A stretch of DNA of 63,195 nt, filler included, from Octopus bimaculoides (Eukaryota): NCBI RefSeq assembly GCF_001194135.2. It is 4 parts of 4 records of this genome, joined end to end, with 100 filler letters (N's around TTAATTAATTAA, not from the genome) between each part and the next. Parts side by side here need not be neighbours in the genome. Positions count along the whole stretch, not along the records: positions 16,294 to 32,435 come from NC_068996.1; positions 32,536 to 42,858 come from NC_069003.1; 2 more parts are not named here. The stretch is one strand, 5' to 3'. Below the pieces are notes generated by a model. That model saw only the letters and a list, made by a program, of their open reading frames with translations, was not told the DNA's origin and did not search any database. Below are positions 24,271-37,430 of the stretch, in pieces. Each line of letters begins with the position of its first letter. Position 1 is the stretch's first letter. Made by a program: the position numbers and the translations under genes.

Positions 24271-25174
24271 AAAATTAACAAAGCACGCAATATCACTCTT
24301 TAAAATAAAATGGATATTATTTCCTCACCTGCCTTCGTCTTTTGTTTTCAGCAAATTATATATATATATCAAAAGGATGTGTTATAACACTATTCCACAT
24401 ATACAAAAACAGCCATACCAACAATCCAACATACCTCCATCATCAGTTGCCGCACGGATATCATTATGGTTTCGACATCTGCGCAGTACTATTCAATGCG
24501 GTGGTGTCAACAGCACTAAAATGAGTGTTGATTGGAAACTAACATACCAAAGAAACAAAAACTTTCAAACGCATTTACCCTATGTACAACCGTATCTGTA
24601 AATGAATTAAATAAGTAAATCAATAACCAATTCCTAAATATGTAACAAAACAGCGACCAAACCTTTAAGTCATACATTTTATTTCTTACAGTTTTCTATA
24701 GTATAATAAAAGTGTGTGTGAAAGACAGAAGATGGAATATGATATTTATTAATCAAGATAGTTGTTTAGGCACATCTAGCATCCATTCCTTCACGTTGAG
24801 GGTGGGGGTGATCAAAACAACTGGTTCAGGAGCATAACAGTATGCATCATATATGAATATACATGCGAATATATGTATAAGTGTATACGTGCACATACAC
24901 ATGTTTAAAAACTGTTCATTGAGAAAAATTAAACGCCATATATGTATACGCTTGCATGAGCATTTATGTGTTTATACCCTTCCATATTTATTAACTTGGT
25001 ATATTTATGCAAATATACACTGCTTTCAATCACTCAGCTCTCTCGCATGCGCGCATAACCATGTTTGTGTGCATGAATCAGAGGTCTTGCAAAACACCCT
25101 CTTTCTATTTCTATACGTATGAGTGCGAGACGCACACACCCGCACATACTCCTACACATACATAGACACGCATG

Positions 25175-25206
<32 letters not shown>

Positions 25207-25370
25207 CACACAGATACATATATATTTGTGTATGTACATCCGTATATGTATTTGTGCGTGCGTATGGTCTCATCCTTATAATGTCAATGTATGCATATGT
25301 GAACACAATTCTCAACCTTTATAGTGAACTGTATAACTCTGTGTGTGTATGTATAAAAACGCACACACAC

Positions 25371-25451
<81 letters not shown>

Positions 25452-25605
25452 CATTCACACTTACACACATACACATACATAAATTCATATATATTCATAT
25501 GTACGTGTGTGTAAGCATACACATACACACACACATATATCATATATCATATATGCATATATATTTATGTATACATGTATATATATATACATCTATACTA
25601 ACATA

Positions 25606-25640
<35 letters not shown>

Positions 25641-25904
25641 TCATATCTATGTATACAACGTCAGAACATTTACTTAAACCGTTTCATTCGAGGTCATTTT
25701 TAGATAAGCAACGAGTACGTCAATTTTCACTGCCCTTCCTTGTTTTCCTGGAAAATTGCTAGACGCACAGCAGGTATTGGACAACAAATTTGTATTTGTA
25801 CATTAGGATATCTGCCTAAACCAGCCGTATTTGATAATCATTAAAGAAACCAAATGTGATTTAATGAGTATAAGGAAATTATAATTGCTCATATCAAATT
25901 TAAT

Positions 25905-27010
25905 GGCGATGCTGATGATAACAACGATGACGGTGACGATTGCGATGACGATTGCGATGACGACGACCATGAAGACGATGGTGATGCTGATGGTGGTAGT
26001 GGTGGTAGCAAGTATGTCTGTACTGGCAATAATTATGATAATGATAGCAATGTGGGAAGATGGCAATAATGGAAAGATGCGATAACAACAGTAGAAAGAA
26101 AGAAAGAAAGAAAGACGACGATAAAATCGATGAAGATAACGTCGATAATGATGATGTCAATGATGTTGATGATGGTGATTATGATGATGATGAGGATGAT
26201 GAGGAAGAAGGGGGAGGGGGACGGGGAGGAAGTGGAGGAGGAGGAAGAGGAGGAGGTGGTAGAGGAGGATGTGGAGGAGGTGGAGGTAGAGGAGGTGGAG
26301 GAGGCGGAGTCGGAGGAGGAGGTGGAGGCGGAGTCGGAGGTGTAGGAGGTAGAGGAGGAGGNNNNNNNNNNNNNNNNNNNNNNNNNNNNNNNNNNNNNNN
26401 NNNNNNNNNNNNNNNNNNNNNNNNNNNNNNNNNNNNNNNNNNNNNNNNNNNNNNNNNNNNNNNNNNNNNNNNNNNNNNNNNNNNNNNNNNNNNNNNNNNN
26501 NNNNNNNNNNNNNNNNNNNNNNNNNNNNNNNNNNNNNNNNNNNNNNNNNNNNNNNNNNNNNNNNNNNNNNNNNNNNNNNNNNNNNNNNNNNNNNNNNNNN
26601 NNNNNNNNNNNNNNNNNNNNNNNNNNNNNNNNNNNNNNNNNNNNNNNGGAGGAGGCGGAGGAGGAGGCGGAGGAGGAGGAGGAGAGGAAGAGAACGAGGA
26701 GAATGGATGATGATGAGGATGAATGGATGGATGCATGGATGGATGAGGATGAAGGCATGAAGATGAAGAGGATGAGCAAAAGGAGAGGAGGAAATAGATG
26801 TTGTTGACGTCGATGAAGAAGAAGAAGAGGAGGAGGAGGAGGAGGAGGCGGTGGATAATGTCGTGATGGCAATACTGTTGACAAAAACAAGCAACGACGA
26901 GGGAAAAGACGATGATGACAAGAAAGTTGATGAAGATGAAGAGCCTGATGGTGTTGATGGTGATGAGAATGAGGAGGATGATGAGAAGGACGTGCTGGAA
27001 GAAGATAAGA
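25905..27010. repeat. Compound GAT/GAC/GGA/GAA trinucleotide region, purine-rich + strand (gap 26362-26647)
   Basis: Directly visible; source of the poly-G/E/D/P/S pseudo-ORFs. Confidence 0.95.
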
Positions 27011-27274
27011 AGAATATCGATAATGTTCAGGGTAATTATTATAGGGGGTCGGGGAATTCGCATTTCTTTAAGATTTTTAGCATTCTCAGCTAAAGTTTAC
27101 TGAATTCAAGCTGTCCAACAAATGCATAATTACGATGTTGGTTCTACTTATGAGAATTATTAATGATTTCTTTTTCTATTTATATGTGTGGCAGTACATT
27201 ATTGAATCTTAATCGACGTCTCCAATTATTGGGTTAACCTTTTCCCGGAATTTCATTTGGAAAATTATTACTAT

Positions 27275-27672
27275 GACTGTGTGGGTAAGTAGCTTGTTCA
27301 CCAGCCACATGGTTCCGGGTTCAGTCCGACTGCGAGGAACCTTGGACAAGTGTCTTCTACTATAGCCTCGGGCCGACCAAAGCCTTGTGAGTGGATTTGG
27401 TAGACAGAAACTGAAAGAAGGTGGTGAGCTGGCAGAATCGTTAGCACACCGGACGAGATGTTTAGCGGTATTTCGTCTGCCGTTACGTTCTGAGTTCAAA
27501 TTCCGCCGAGGTCAAATTTGCCTTTCATCCTTTCGGGGTCGATAAATTAAGTACCAGTTACGTACTGGGGTCGATATAATCGACTTAATCCCTTTATCTG
27601 TCCTTGTTTGACTCCTCTATGTTTAGCCCCTTGCGGGCAATAAAGAAATAGGAAACTGAAAGAAGCCCGTCA

Positions 27673-27736
<64 letters not shown>

Positions 27737-27970
27737 CGTATGTATGTATGTATTTATGTGTGTGCGTATATGTTTGTGTGTCTGTATTTGTCCCCCCAAC
27801 ATCGCTTGACAACCGATGCTGGTGTGTTTACCTCCCCATAACTTAGCGGTTCGGCAAAACAGTCCGATAGAATAAGACCTGGGGTCGATTTGCTCGACTA
27901 AAGGCGGTGCTCCAGCATGACCGGAATCAAATGACTGAAACAAGTAAAAGAATAAAAGATTAAAAGAATG
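27275..27970 (+). mobile_element. SINE family C (CORE-type, internal (TG)n) interrupted by a family A SINE
   Basis: GGTAAGTAGCTTG...GGTTCCGGGTTCAGTCC.ACTGCG.GG.ACCTTGG.CAAGTGTCTTCTACTATAGCCTCGGGCCGACCAAAGCCTTGTGAGTGGATTTGGTAGAC.GAAACTGAAAGAAG|CCCGTC, then microsatellite and 3' body to an (AAAGAAT)-like tail. Confidence 0.85.
27421..27651 (+). mobile_element. SINE family A nested in the family C SINE, 14-bp TSD
   Basis: TSD GAAACTGAAAGAAG at 27407-27420 and 27652-27665. Confidence 0.95.
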
Positions 27971-28204
27971 CCTGATTGTAGCTAACCACATACTTTTCCA
28001 CGTTGTATTTCTATAACTTTCTGCAATAAATGCCTTTTATCAGACTATATTATTATCTCCATTACCTCTTATTTTAGCCATATATTATCGAAGACAGTTA
28101 CCAATGAAACCGCGTTTTTTTTTAATGATGTAACGTCTCCATTACTCAATTAAAAATTCATTGGAAACAGCTCTAGTGAATTGATACATTATTTCTCTGT
28201 TGTT

Positions 28205-28251
<47 letters not shown>

Positions 28252-30890
28252 ACAAACACACAAACGCACGCACACACATATATACACATATATATGTATG
28301 TATATACGTATGTATATGTATGTATCTATNNNNNNNNNNNNNNNNNNNNNNNNNNNNNNNNNNNNNNNNNNNNNNNNNNNNNNNNNNNNNNNNNNNNNNN
28401 NNNNNNNNNNNNNNNNNNNNNNNNNNNNNNNNNNNNNNNNNNNNNNNNNNNNNNNNNNNNNNNNNNNNNNNNNNNNNNNNNNNNNNNNNNNNNNNNNNNN
28501 NNNNNNNNNNNNNNNNNNNNNNNNNNNNNNNNNNNNNNNNNNNNNNNNNNNNNNNNNNNNNNNNNNNNNNNNNNNNNNNNNNNNNNNNNNNNNNNNNNNN
28601 NNNNNNNNNNNNNNNNNNNNNNNNNNNNNNNNNNNNNNNNNNNNNNNNNNNNNNNNNNNNNNNNNNNNNNNNNNNNNNNNNNNNNNNNNNNNNNNNNNNN
28701 NNNNNNNNNNNNNNNNNNNNNNNNNNNNNNNNNNNNNNNNNNNNNNNNNNNNNNNNNNNNNNNNNNNNNNNNNNNNNNNNNNNNNNNNNNNNNNNNNNNN
28801 NNNNNNNNNNNNNNNNNNNNNNNNNNNNNNNNNNNNNNNNNNNNNNNNNNNNNNNNNNNNNNNNNNNNNNNNNNNNNNNNNNNNNNNNNNNNNNNNNNNN
28901 NNNNNNNNNNNNNNNNNNNNNNNNNNNNNNNNNNNNNNNNNNNNNNNNNNNNNNNNNNNNNNNNNNNNNNNNNNNNNNNNNNNNNNNNNNNNNNNNNNNN
29001 NNNNNNNNNNNNNNNNNNNNNNNNNNNNNNNNNNNNNNNNNNNNNNNNNNNNNNNNNNNNNNNNNNNNNNNNNNNNNNNNNNNNNNNNNNNNNNNNNNNN
29101 NNNNNNNNNNNNNNNNNNNTATATATATATATATATAAGAATAGTATCACTTCTAAATCTCTCAGAGGCACACGCGCGCGCGCGCACACACATACACACA
29201 CACACACACATACACACACTCAGAGCAACATTTCTTTAAAGTAAAATTTAATTACCAACATAATATGGCTGTCATGGAAGGGATGTTAACCCCAAGAAAC
29301 ACCGTTTCTACCTGGTTATACGACACCTTATCTGTGCCCTTACATTTTTGAACTGGGAATTCACCATCCCCGCCCAGCACGAAAGGACATCTGTGGACCA
29401 GTTTCAAGGTTATTGCTTTTCATGAGCACAGAGTAACTGTGTATCACTTTGAAATCTATATATTGGAATCGTGAATTCAGCAGCGCCACCTAGCCAGGCT
29501 TGATCACTCACGTTCATAATAATTCATTGGATTAAACATGGATACATATCGTCAAAACTGATAGAAGTCTATTATAGAAGAGTGACAGTGTGTCTGTGAT
29601 TGCGTATGCATATCCATGTGTTTGTAGGTATGTGTATATATGCATATATGTATATGTATATATGTATATANNNNNNNNNNNNNNNNNNNNNNNNNNNNNN
29701 NNNNNNNNNNNNNNNNNNNNNNNNNNNNNNNNNNNNNNNNNNNNNNNNNNNNNNNNNNNNNNNNNNNNNNNNNNNNNNNNNNNNNNNNNNNNNNNNNNNN
29801 NNNNNNNNNNNNNNNNNNNNNNNNNNNNNNNNNNNNNNNNNNNNNNNNNNNNNNNNNNNNNNNNNNNNNNNNNNNNNNNNNNNNNNNNNNNNNNNNNNNN
29901 NNNNNNNNNNNNNNNNNNNNNNNNNNNNNNNNNNNNNNNNNNNNNNNNNNNNNNNNNNNNNNNNNNNNNNNNNNNNNNNNNNNNNNNNNNNNNNNNNNNN
30001 NNNNNNNNNNNNNNNNNNNNNNNNNNNNNNNNNNNNNNNNNNNNNNNNNNNNNNNNNNNNNNNNNNNNNNNNNNNNNNNNNNNNNNNNNNNNNNNNNNNN
30101 NNNNNNNNNNNNNNNNNNNNNNNNNNNNNNNNNNNNNNNNNNNNNNNNNNNNNNNNNNNNNNNNNNNNNNNNNNNNNNNNNNNNNNNNNNNNNNNNNNNN
30201 NNNNNNNNNNNNNNNNNNNNNNNNNNNNNNNNNNNNNNNNNNNNNNNNNNNNNNNNNNNNNNNNNNNNNNNNNNNNNNNNNNNNNNNNNNNNNNNNNNNN
30301 NNNNNNNNNNNNNNNNNNNNNNNNNNNNNNNNNNNNNNNNNNNNNNNNNNNNNNNNNNNNNNNNNNNNNNNNNNNNNNNNNNNNNNNNNNNNNNNNNNNN
30401 NNNNNNNNNNNNNNNNNNNNNNNNNNNNNNNNNNNNNNNNNNNNNNNNNNNNNNNNNNNNNNNNNNNNNNNNNNNNNNNNNNNNNNNNNNNNNNNNNNNN
30501 NNNNNNNNNNNNNNNNNNNNNNNNNNNNNNNNNNNNNNNNNNNNNNNNNNNNNNNNNNNNNNNNNNNNNNNNNNNNNNNNNNNNNNNNNNNNNNNNNNNN
30601 NNNNNNNNNNNNNNNNNNNNNNNATACGTATATATTTATAGATATATATATATGTATATATATACATATATATATATATGTGTGTGTGTATACATCCATA
30701 CATACACGCGTACAACTTTTTATAGACATGCATACATACACACATATGCATACGCGCAATTGTCCGCACACATATATGCATGCTTCATGCTTTCAATTCT
30801 CGGATGTATTACAAGAACACGCCTGTTCACATACTATGGCTGCTGCAAGTTTCAGTCGCAATTCTGTTTTTTTTTCCTTCTCCCATCTCT

Positions 30891-30998
30891 TTCTTCTTCT
30901 TCTTCTTCTTCTTCTTCTTCTTCTTCTTCTTCTTCTTCTTCTTCTTCTTCTTCTTCTTCTTCTTCTTCTTCTTCTTCTTCTTCTTCTTCTTCTTCTTC
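30891..30998. repeat. Pure (TTC)36 microsatellite
   Basis: Directly visible, 108 bp. Confidence 0.97.
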
Positions 30999-32149
30999 CA
31001 CTTAAAGGTTTCTAGAACATCACCAAACAACACCGAACATATTTCGTCATCATACCAGGTTAATCTATTGACCAATGGGATTAATAGTCAACTTAGATCT
31101 TTAATTATTGTTTACACTTTCTTTCACGCCGCCTGTCGTTCTTTCTTCGATGCATAGCAGATTGTTAAAAGAATAATGCAATTTCGCAAGCATCGCTGTT
31201 AGCTTTTCCAAAGAATATATCCGAAATAGTGTATACAGCATCACAGGATATTGCCAAGAAAACACCTAGATTTCGGTATTACTCTTGCAATCGTTAGAAA
31301 ACGAAGCAGACTTGCGCTAATACGTAAACAAAACTAGGCGAAGAATTTCAACTTTGATGCATGTTCCAAATCAAGAATGGTCACGTTTAGCACACAAAAG
31401 GAAAATGTCTTGCAGTATTTGTTACTACAGCAGTCTGTGATAACTATTCTGTGAGATAATTTGATCAGAGTCTCTGCTTTACCGAAGAAAAGTAAAATAA
31501 AATATAAACGACAAATATTGTTAGGGACCTTAAGGAATCGCAGAAAACCAAACAAAATCCTTTTCTTTTAATATACTTTCGAACACACCGACACACACAC
31601 ATATGTATGTATGTATATGTATGTATATATATATATATGTATGTATATGTATGTATATATATATATGTATGTATGTATATGTATGTATATATATATATAT
31701 ACATATATATGTATATATGTACAAATATTGATATATATATATATACAAATTAATACATATATATATGCATACATATATGCATACATACATACATACATAC
31801 ATACATACATACATACATACATACTTAAGCAACTAGAAAATCTTTGCTGCTGCTACTGCTACTCATTCTACTGCTCTTGCTGCTATGCCTTCTACTGCTA
31901 TTGAGGTAATGATATCTCGATTATAACATTTCCACCCCCCTCATAATGAAAATTTTATTCTCCTCAAAAGCTGGTTTTGACTCCCAGTTGAATCCAGTTC
32001 AGTTTATTCACGAGAACTAAGTGAAGCTTCTCATATCAGAGTGGCTAGCGTGTAAGCTAGCAAACGTTTTAAAGTATTTTGAAATCTGGGAATAGATTAT
32101 AAGATGATGTTTTGTTGCAAGTTGATGTTTAAGAAATACAAATATGAAC

Positions 32150-32402
32150 ATTTTCAGGCGCACGCCTGGCTGTATGGTACGAAGTTTACTTCCCAATCAC
32201 ATGGTTCTGGGGTTCAGTCACACTGCGTGGCACTTGGAAGGCGGAAAATGAAAAAAGCCCGTCGTATATATATGTGTATCCCTCTCTTTCTGTATTCAGT
32301 CCAGCTGTGTGGTGTCTTGGGCAAGTGTCTTCTATTATAGCCTCGGGCTGTTCAAAGCCTTGTGAATGGATTTAGTAGACAGAAACTGAAAGAAGCCCGT
32401 CG

Positions 32403-32405
<3 letters not shown>
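32150..32405 (+). mobile_element. SINE family C relics (two partial heads in tandem)
   Basis: CACATGGTTCTGGGGTTCAGTCACACTGCGTGGCAC and GGTGTCTTGGGCAAGTGTCTTCTATTATAGCCTCGGGC...GAAACTGAAAGAAGCCCGTCGTA. Confidence 0.8.
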
Positions 32406-32435
<30 letters not shown>

Positions 32436-32535
32436 NNNNNNNNNNNNNNNNNNNNNNNNNNNNNNNNNNNNNNNNNNNNTTAATTAATTAANNNNNNNNN
32501 NNNNNNNNNNNNNNNNNNNNNNNNNNNNNNNNNNN

Positions 32536-32862
32536 TTTCAATCATTAGACTACAGTCATGCTGGTGCAACGCGTTGAAGAATGTCCTTAGTCGATCCCAG
32601 GACTTTTTTTAAAGCCTGGTACTTACTCTATCAGTTTCTTTTGCCGAACCGCTACACTACGGTGACGTAAAAATACCGATTGTCAAGCGTTGGTGGGAGA
32701 CAAACACAGACGCAGATGCATATGCGCACACGCACATACGCACACACGCGCGCGCACAAAGACACATGCACATATATATATATATATATTGCCTAAGGTG
32801 CTACGCAGTGGGACTGAACTTGAAACCAGATGGTTGGGAAGCAAGCTTCTCACCACACAGCC
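32536..32862 (-). mobile_element. SINE family C relic, inverted
   Basis: Reverse complement of the family C 3' body (GCCGAACCGCTA..., CTTTTTTAAAGCCTGGTACTT) and head (CCAAGGTGC.ACGCAGTGGGACTGAAC). Confidence 0.7.
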
Positions 32863-32897
32863 ACGCGTGTATGCATGCATGTATGTATGTATGTATG

Positions 32898-32945
<48 letters not shown>

Positions 32946-33159
32946 GGTTATGAGACATTTTAAGGAGAGGTAGTTATAACTGTCCTAGATTATTCTAATT
33001 TCAGTTAGTCAATACTATACAATTTAGAAGTCGAGTAGCCATGTTTTTATTCGAGATTGGAGAAGATTTTAATAGCACTAAGAACACACCCTACTAAAGT
33101 ACTTGTCACAGTTACAACCTAGTTAACCAGTAAGTTGATATAGATGGGTAATATCAAAA

Positions 33160-33372
33160 CTGTCCCTTATGTTCCCAGACCTATGCTCCCTGCAACTCCT
33201 TGCTGAAGGAGAACCTCAAGGGGCAGTCGTTTTGAAGACATTGAGAAAATGGACTCTGTGACAAGGGTTCTGGACACCTTCGCTTAGGAGGACTTTCATG
33301 GGAACTTCGAGAAGTGGTTAGAGCATCACAACAAATACATTAAAATCACAGGATCTTACTCTTGTACTTGAA
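33160..33372 (+). mobile_element. Mariner transposase C-terminal relic
   Basis: With frameshifts: PY.PDL...LKENLKG.RFEDIEKMDSVTRVLDTFA*EDFHGNFEKWLEHHNKYIKITGSY, matching the mariner tail (YSPDLAP...F..W..R..KCI...G.Y). Confidence 0.7.
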
Positions 33373-33421
33373 AAAGTACAAAACCTCATGAATGTATCTT
33401 GTGTATGCGTATGTGGGTATG

Positions 33422-33465
<44 letters not shown>

Positions 33466-33711
33466 NNNNNNNNNNNNNNNNNNNNNNNNNNNNNNNNNNN
33501 NNNNNNNNNNNNNNNNNNNNNNNNNNNNNNNNNNNNNNNNNNNNNNNNNNNNNNNNNNNNNNNNNAATTGTTTGTGATGCGTTCTGTGGATCTCATGTAA
33601 TATACGCAGGTTCCTATTTTGAATGGTACATCGCAGGAACACATATGACCCATCAACAAACATAGTACCAACACATATTTCTTACCGACTAATATAATAC
33701 CAACACAGTGA

Positions 33712-33860
33712 TTTCAAATTTTGGCACAAGGCCAGCAATTTGGGGGAAGGGGTAAGTCGGTTGCATCGACCCAGTATTCAGCTGGTACTTATTTTATCGA
33801 TTTGGATAGCATGAAAGCAATGTCGACTTCAACGGAATTTGAACACAGAATGTAAACAGA
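33712..33860 (-). mobile_element. SINE family A relic
   Basis: TTTTGGCACAAGGCCAGCAATTTGGGG...ATCGACCCAGTA..CAGCTGGTACTTATTTTATCGA...GGAATTTGAAC.CAGAA. Confidence 0.8.
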
Positions 33861-34195
33861 ATAAGTAGTACCAGTACATATTACCTACGAACTAAACCAA
33901 ATTAACCTTCAAAATATAAAAAAGCCTGAAAACAAGCATGGATGTTTAGGACAAACATTTATGAAAATGCTTTGGACAGGCAGGAGTTTAAAGATATGAG
34001 AGGAACGCACATTAGATTATTAGGTCATATAATTAGGTCATCCTACTCGGTTGGATGATCATGGCTGGAGTGTCATAGGCCTACCCAATCTAGGATTGAC
34101 TTGGAGAGTTAACAAATACAGCAATCTTTAAAAGGCTCGTCTGCTGTATCATATTCTCTCTTCAAAAGATCTGCCTACCTGTTTGTTTGCTTGTT

Positions 34196-34227
<32 letters not shown>

Positions 34228-34376
34228 AGTATTCCATCCTCTTCCCCCTCTTTTTACTCCCCATTCTCCCTTCCACTGTTGTCTTTCTGTCTTCCTAATT
34301 AATTATCACGTGACTTAGATACACCAGCTGTCTACATCTTTATCTTGATGCTCTCTGTATCTCTCCAACTTACAAT

Positions 34377-34563
34377 CTCTCTCACACACTCTCTCCTCTC
34401 TCTCACACACTCTCTCCTCTCTCTCACACACTCTCTCCTCTCTCTCACACACTCTCTCCTCTCTCTCACACACTCTCTCCTCTCTCTCACACANNNNNNN
34501 NNNTCTCTCCTCTCTCTCACACACTCTCTCCTCTCTCTCACACACTCTCTCCTCTCTCTCTCT
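34377..34563. repeat. 21-bp minisatellite (CTCTCACACACTCTCTCCTCT)n
   Basis: Directly visible, about 8 units across a 11-N gap; source of the CEREERV pseudo-ORF. Confidence 0.9.
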
Positions 34564-34578
34564 CTCTTTCACACACAA

Positions 34579-34627
<49 letters not shown>

Positions 34628-35019
34628 CATATACATATTTATATATGTATACATTTATGCATACCCTTACAAAGATATGTACACACATACCCATGTACAC
34701 ACAAGCATAGCCCACAAACGAAAATACGTACACACACACATATATGTGTATATATTTGTATATATACACACACACACACATCCGTTGGAATCCCCTCCCC
34801 AACAAAAGAAAAATTCTTCCAATTCACCACTACAACTTCTAAGGAAGTCCATATCCAATCTGATGATTGGGAAGATGGAATTCGAATAAGAAGATGCCAG
34901 CTGTTACAACCATAAAATAACTTTCTGGTGTTGAGTGCTTCTTTTCCCTTTTTAAATTTCTCTTGTCTGTACTTATGTACTTAACATACATACATACATA
35001 CATACATACATACATACAT

Positions 35020-35393
35020 GTTGGCACTCCGTCGCTTACGTCGTCGAGGGTTCCAGTTGATCCGATCAACGGAACAACCTGCTCGGGAAATTAACGTGCA
35101 AGTGGCTGAGCACTCCACAGACACGTGTACCCTTAACGTAGTTCTCGGGGATATTCAGCGTGACACAGTGTGACATGGCTGGCCCTTTGAAATACAGGCA
35201 CAACAGAAACAAAGAGTGATAGAAAGTTGTGGTGAAAGAGTACAGCAGGGTTCGCCACCACCCTCTGCCGGAGCCTCGTGGAACTTTAAGTGTTTTCGCT
35301 CAATAAACACTCACAACGCCCGGTCTGAGAATCGAAACCGCGATCCTATGACCGCGAGTCCACTGCCCTAATCAATGGGCCATTGCGCCTCCA
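35020..35393 (-). mobile_element. SINE family B copy inserted in a (TACA)n microsatellite
   Basis: Colinear with 22641-23028; (TACA)n on both sides. Confidence 0.9.
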
Positions 35394-36329
35394 CATACAT
35401 ACATACATACATACATACATACATACATACATACATACATACATACATACATAAATGCAGTGCTGAAGAGTGAAGTGAGCAACATTGTNNNNNNNNNNNN
35501 NNNNNNNNNNNNNNNNNNNNNNNNNNNNNNNNNNNNNNNNNNNNNNNNNNNNNNNNNNNNNNNNNNNNNNNNNNNNNNNNNNNNNNNNNNNNNNNNNNNN
35601 NNNNNNNNNNNNNNNNNNNNNNNNNNNNNNNNNNNNNNNNNNNNNNNNNNNNNNNNNNNNNNNNNNNNNNNNNNNNNNNNNNNNNNNNNNNNNNNNNNNN
35701 NNNNNNNNNNNNNNNNNNNNNNNNNNNNNNNNNNNNNNNNNNNNNNNNNNNNNNNNNNNNNNNNNNNNNNNNNNNNNNNNNNNNNNNNNNNNNNNNNNNN
35801 NNNNNNNNNNNNNNNNNNNNNNNNNNNNNNNNNNNNNNNNNNNNNNNNNNNNNNNNNNNNNNNNNNNNNNNNNNNNNNNNNNNNNNNNNNNNNNNNNNNN
35901 NNNNNNNNNNNNNNNNNNNNNNNNNNNNNNNNNNNNNNNNNNNNNNNNNNNNNNNNNNNNNNNNNNNNNNNNNNNNNNNNNNNNNNNNNNNNNNNNNNNN
36001 NNNNNNNNNNNNNNNNNNNNNNNNNNNNNNNNNNNNNNNNNNNNNNNNNNNNNNNNNNNNCAAAGAGTGATAGAAAGTTGTGGTGAAAGAGTACAGCAGG
36101 GTTCGCCACCACCCTCTGCCGGAGCCTCGTGGAACTTTAAGTGTTTTCGCTCAATAAACACTCACAACGCCCGGTCTGAGAATCGAAACCGCGATCCTAT
36201 GACCGCGAGTCCACTGCCCTAATCAATGGGTCATTGCGCCTCCACATACATACATACATACATACATACATACATACATACATACATACATACATACATA
36301 CATAAATGCAGTGCTGAAGAGTGAAGTGA

Positions 36330-36962
36330 GCAACATTGTACGAGTTAGCAGTGAACTCCTCAAGAAACACTCTCTTCCTGACGATCTTCTATACAGCCCC
36401 AAAACAGCTGGGCTCTCTTACTTCAGAGAAGACCTGGATGGAAAGCACTCAGCATACACACACAAGAAAAAAAGACTATGCCGGAAGCTTGAAGAAGACA
36501 GTATAATCGACATGAAGCACAGCCTCTCTTGGACACAAGACCATTACATGGCATTTCACTTTGAAGGCTATGCGTTTTCAATCCAGGGACAGGAGAATGC
36601 CACAAAGTACCTGGTGAACAAGAGAGACAGTGACGCTCTTGTAATCCCAAGGTGACAACCGCATGTCTAGGCTATGTCATATTTCTGTGGAAGACATTAC
36701 GCATGTGACTATCAGCTGTCCTAAAATGTCGTCACGGTACTACCTCCCTATGCGGCACGATGCTGTTGCGAAAACAATTTACAATGTCGTCCGCAGAAAA
36801 AAAAAGACTGTCCTGAAATAGCTTAGAAAATCCCTCTGTTATGGGATATATTCATAAACACCAACTCAAGGAATACTGGTGGAATGTTCCCATCAAAACT
36901 TCTGTCAAATGTAAACATAGCAAGCCAGATATTGTTGTTTGGGACAGAGGGGCAAAGGTATG
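36330..36962 (+). mobile_element. RLE-type (R4/NeSL-like) non-LTR retrotransposon fragment
   Basis: FEGYAFSIQGQENATKYL, then a zinc knuckle RLCHISVEDITHVTISCPKMSSRYYLPMRHDAVAKTIY, then EYWWNVPIKTSVKCKHSKPDIVVWDR (PD of the restriction-like endonuclease). Confidence 0.85.
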
Positions 36963-37228
36963 NNNNNNNNNNNNNNNNNNNNNNNNNNNNNNNNNNNNNN
37001 NNNNNNNNNNNNNNNNNNNNNNNNNNNNNNNNNNNNNNNNNNNNNNNNNNNNNNNNNNNNNNNNNNNNNNNNNNNNNNNNNNNNNNNNNNNNNNNNNNNN
37101 NNNNNNNNNNNNNNNNNNNNNNNNNNNNNNNNNNNNNNNNNNNNNNNNNNNNNNNNNNNNNNNNNNNNNNNNNNNNNNNNNNNNNNNNNNNNNNNNNNNN
37201 NNNNNNNNNNNNNNNNNNNNNNNNNNNN

Positions 37229-37229
<1 letters not shown>

Positions 37230-37282
<53 letters not shown>

Positions 37283-37430
37283 GTGACGGGCTCCTTTCAG
37301 TTTCCGTCTACCAAATCTACTCACAGGGCTTTATGTATATATAAAGCACCACCTTCAAGGATTTAGTGGGTCAAATCGAATTAAGTAACTATGTTAAGAC
37401 TGGTACTTATTCTATCGGTCTCTTTTTGTT
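37230..37430 (-). mobile_element. SINE family C relic
   Basis: GACGGGCTCCTTTCAGTTTCCGTCTACCAAATCTACTCACAGGGCTTT is the reverse complement of the family C CORE-like block. Confidence 0.75.

Noticed and set aside
26033-27103. Gly/Glu/Asp/Pro-rich ORFs on both strands
   Set aside because: Compound trinucleotide repeats open in several frames, without splice or domain support.
28181-31015. 300-470 aa ORFs
   Set aside because: Mostly X from N gaps; artefacts of the ORF caller.
34315-34710. CEREERV / SLTHSLL repeat proteins
   Set aside because: Translation of a 21-bp CT/CA minisatellite.
36061-36339. 279-bp near-exact duplicate of 35210-35488 across an N gap
   Set aside because: One mismatch, and both copies abut the same gap; most likely an allelic contig overlap rather than a real tandem duplication.
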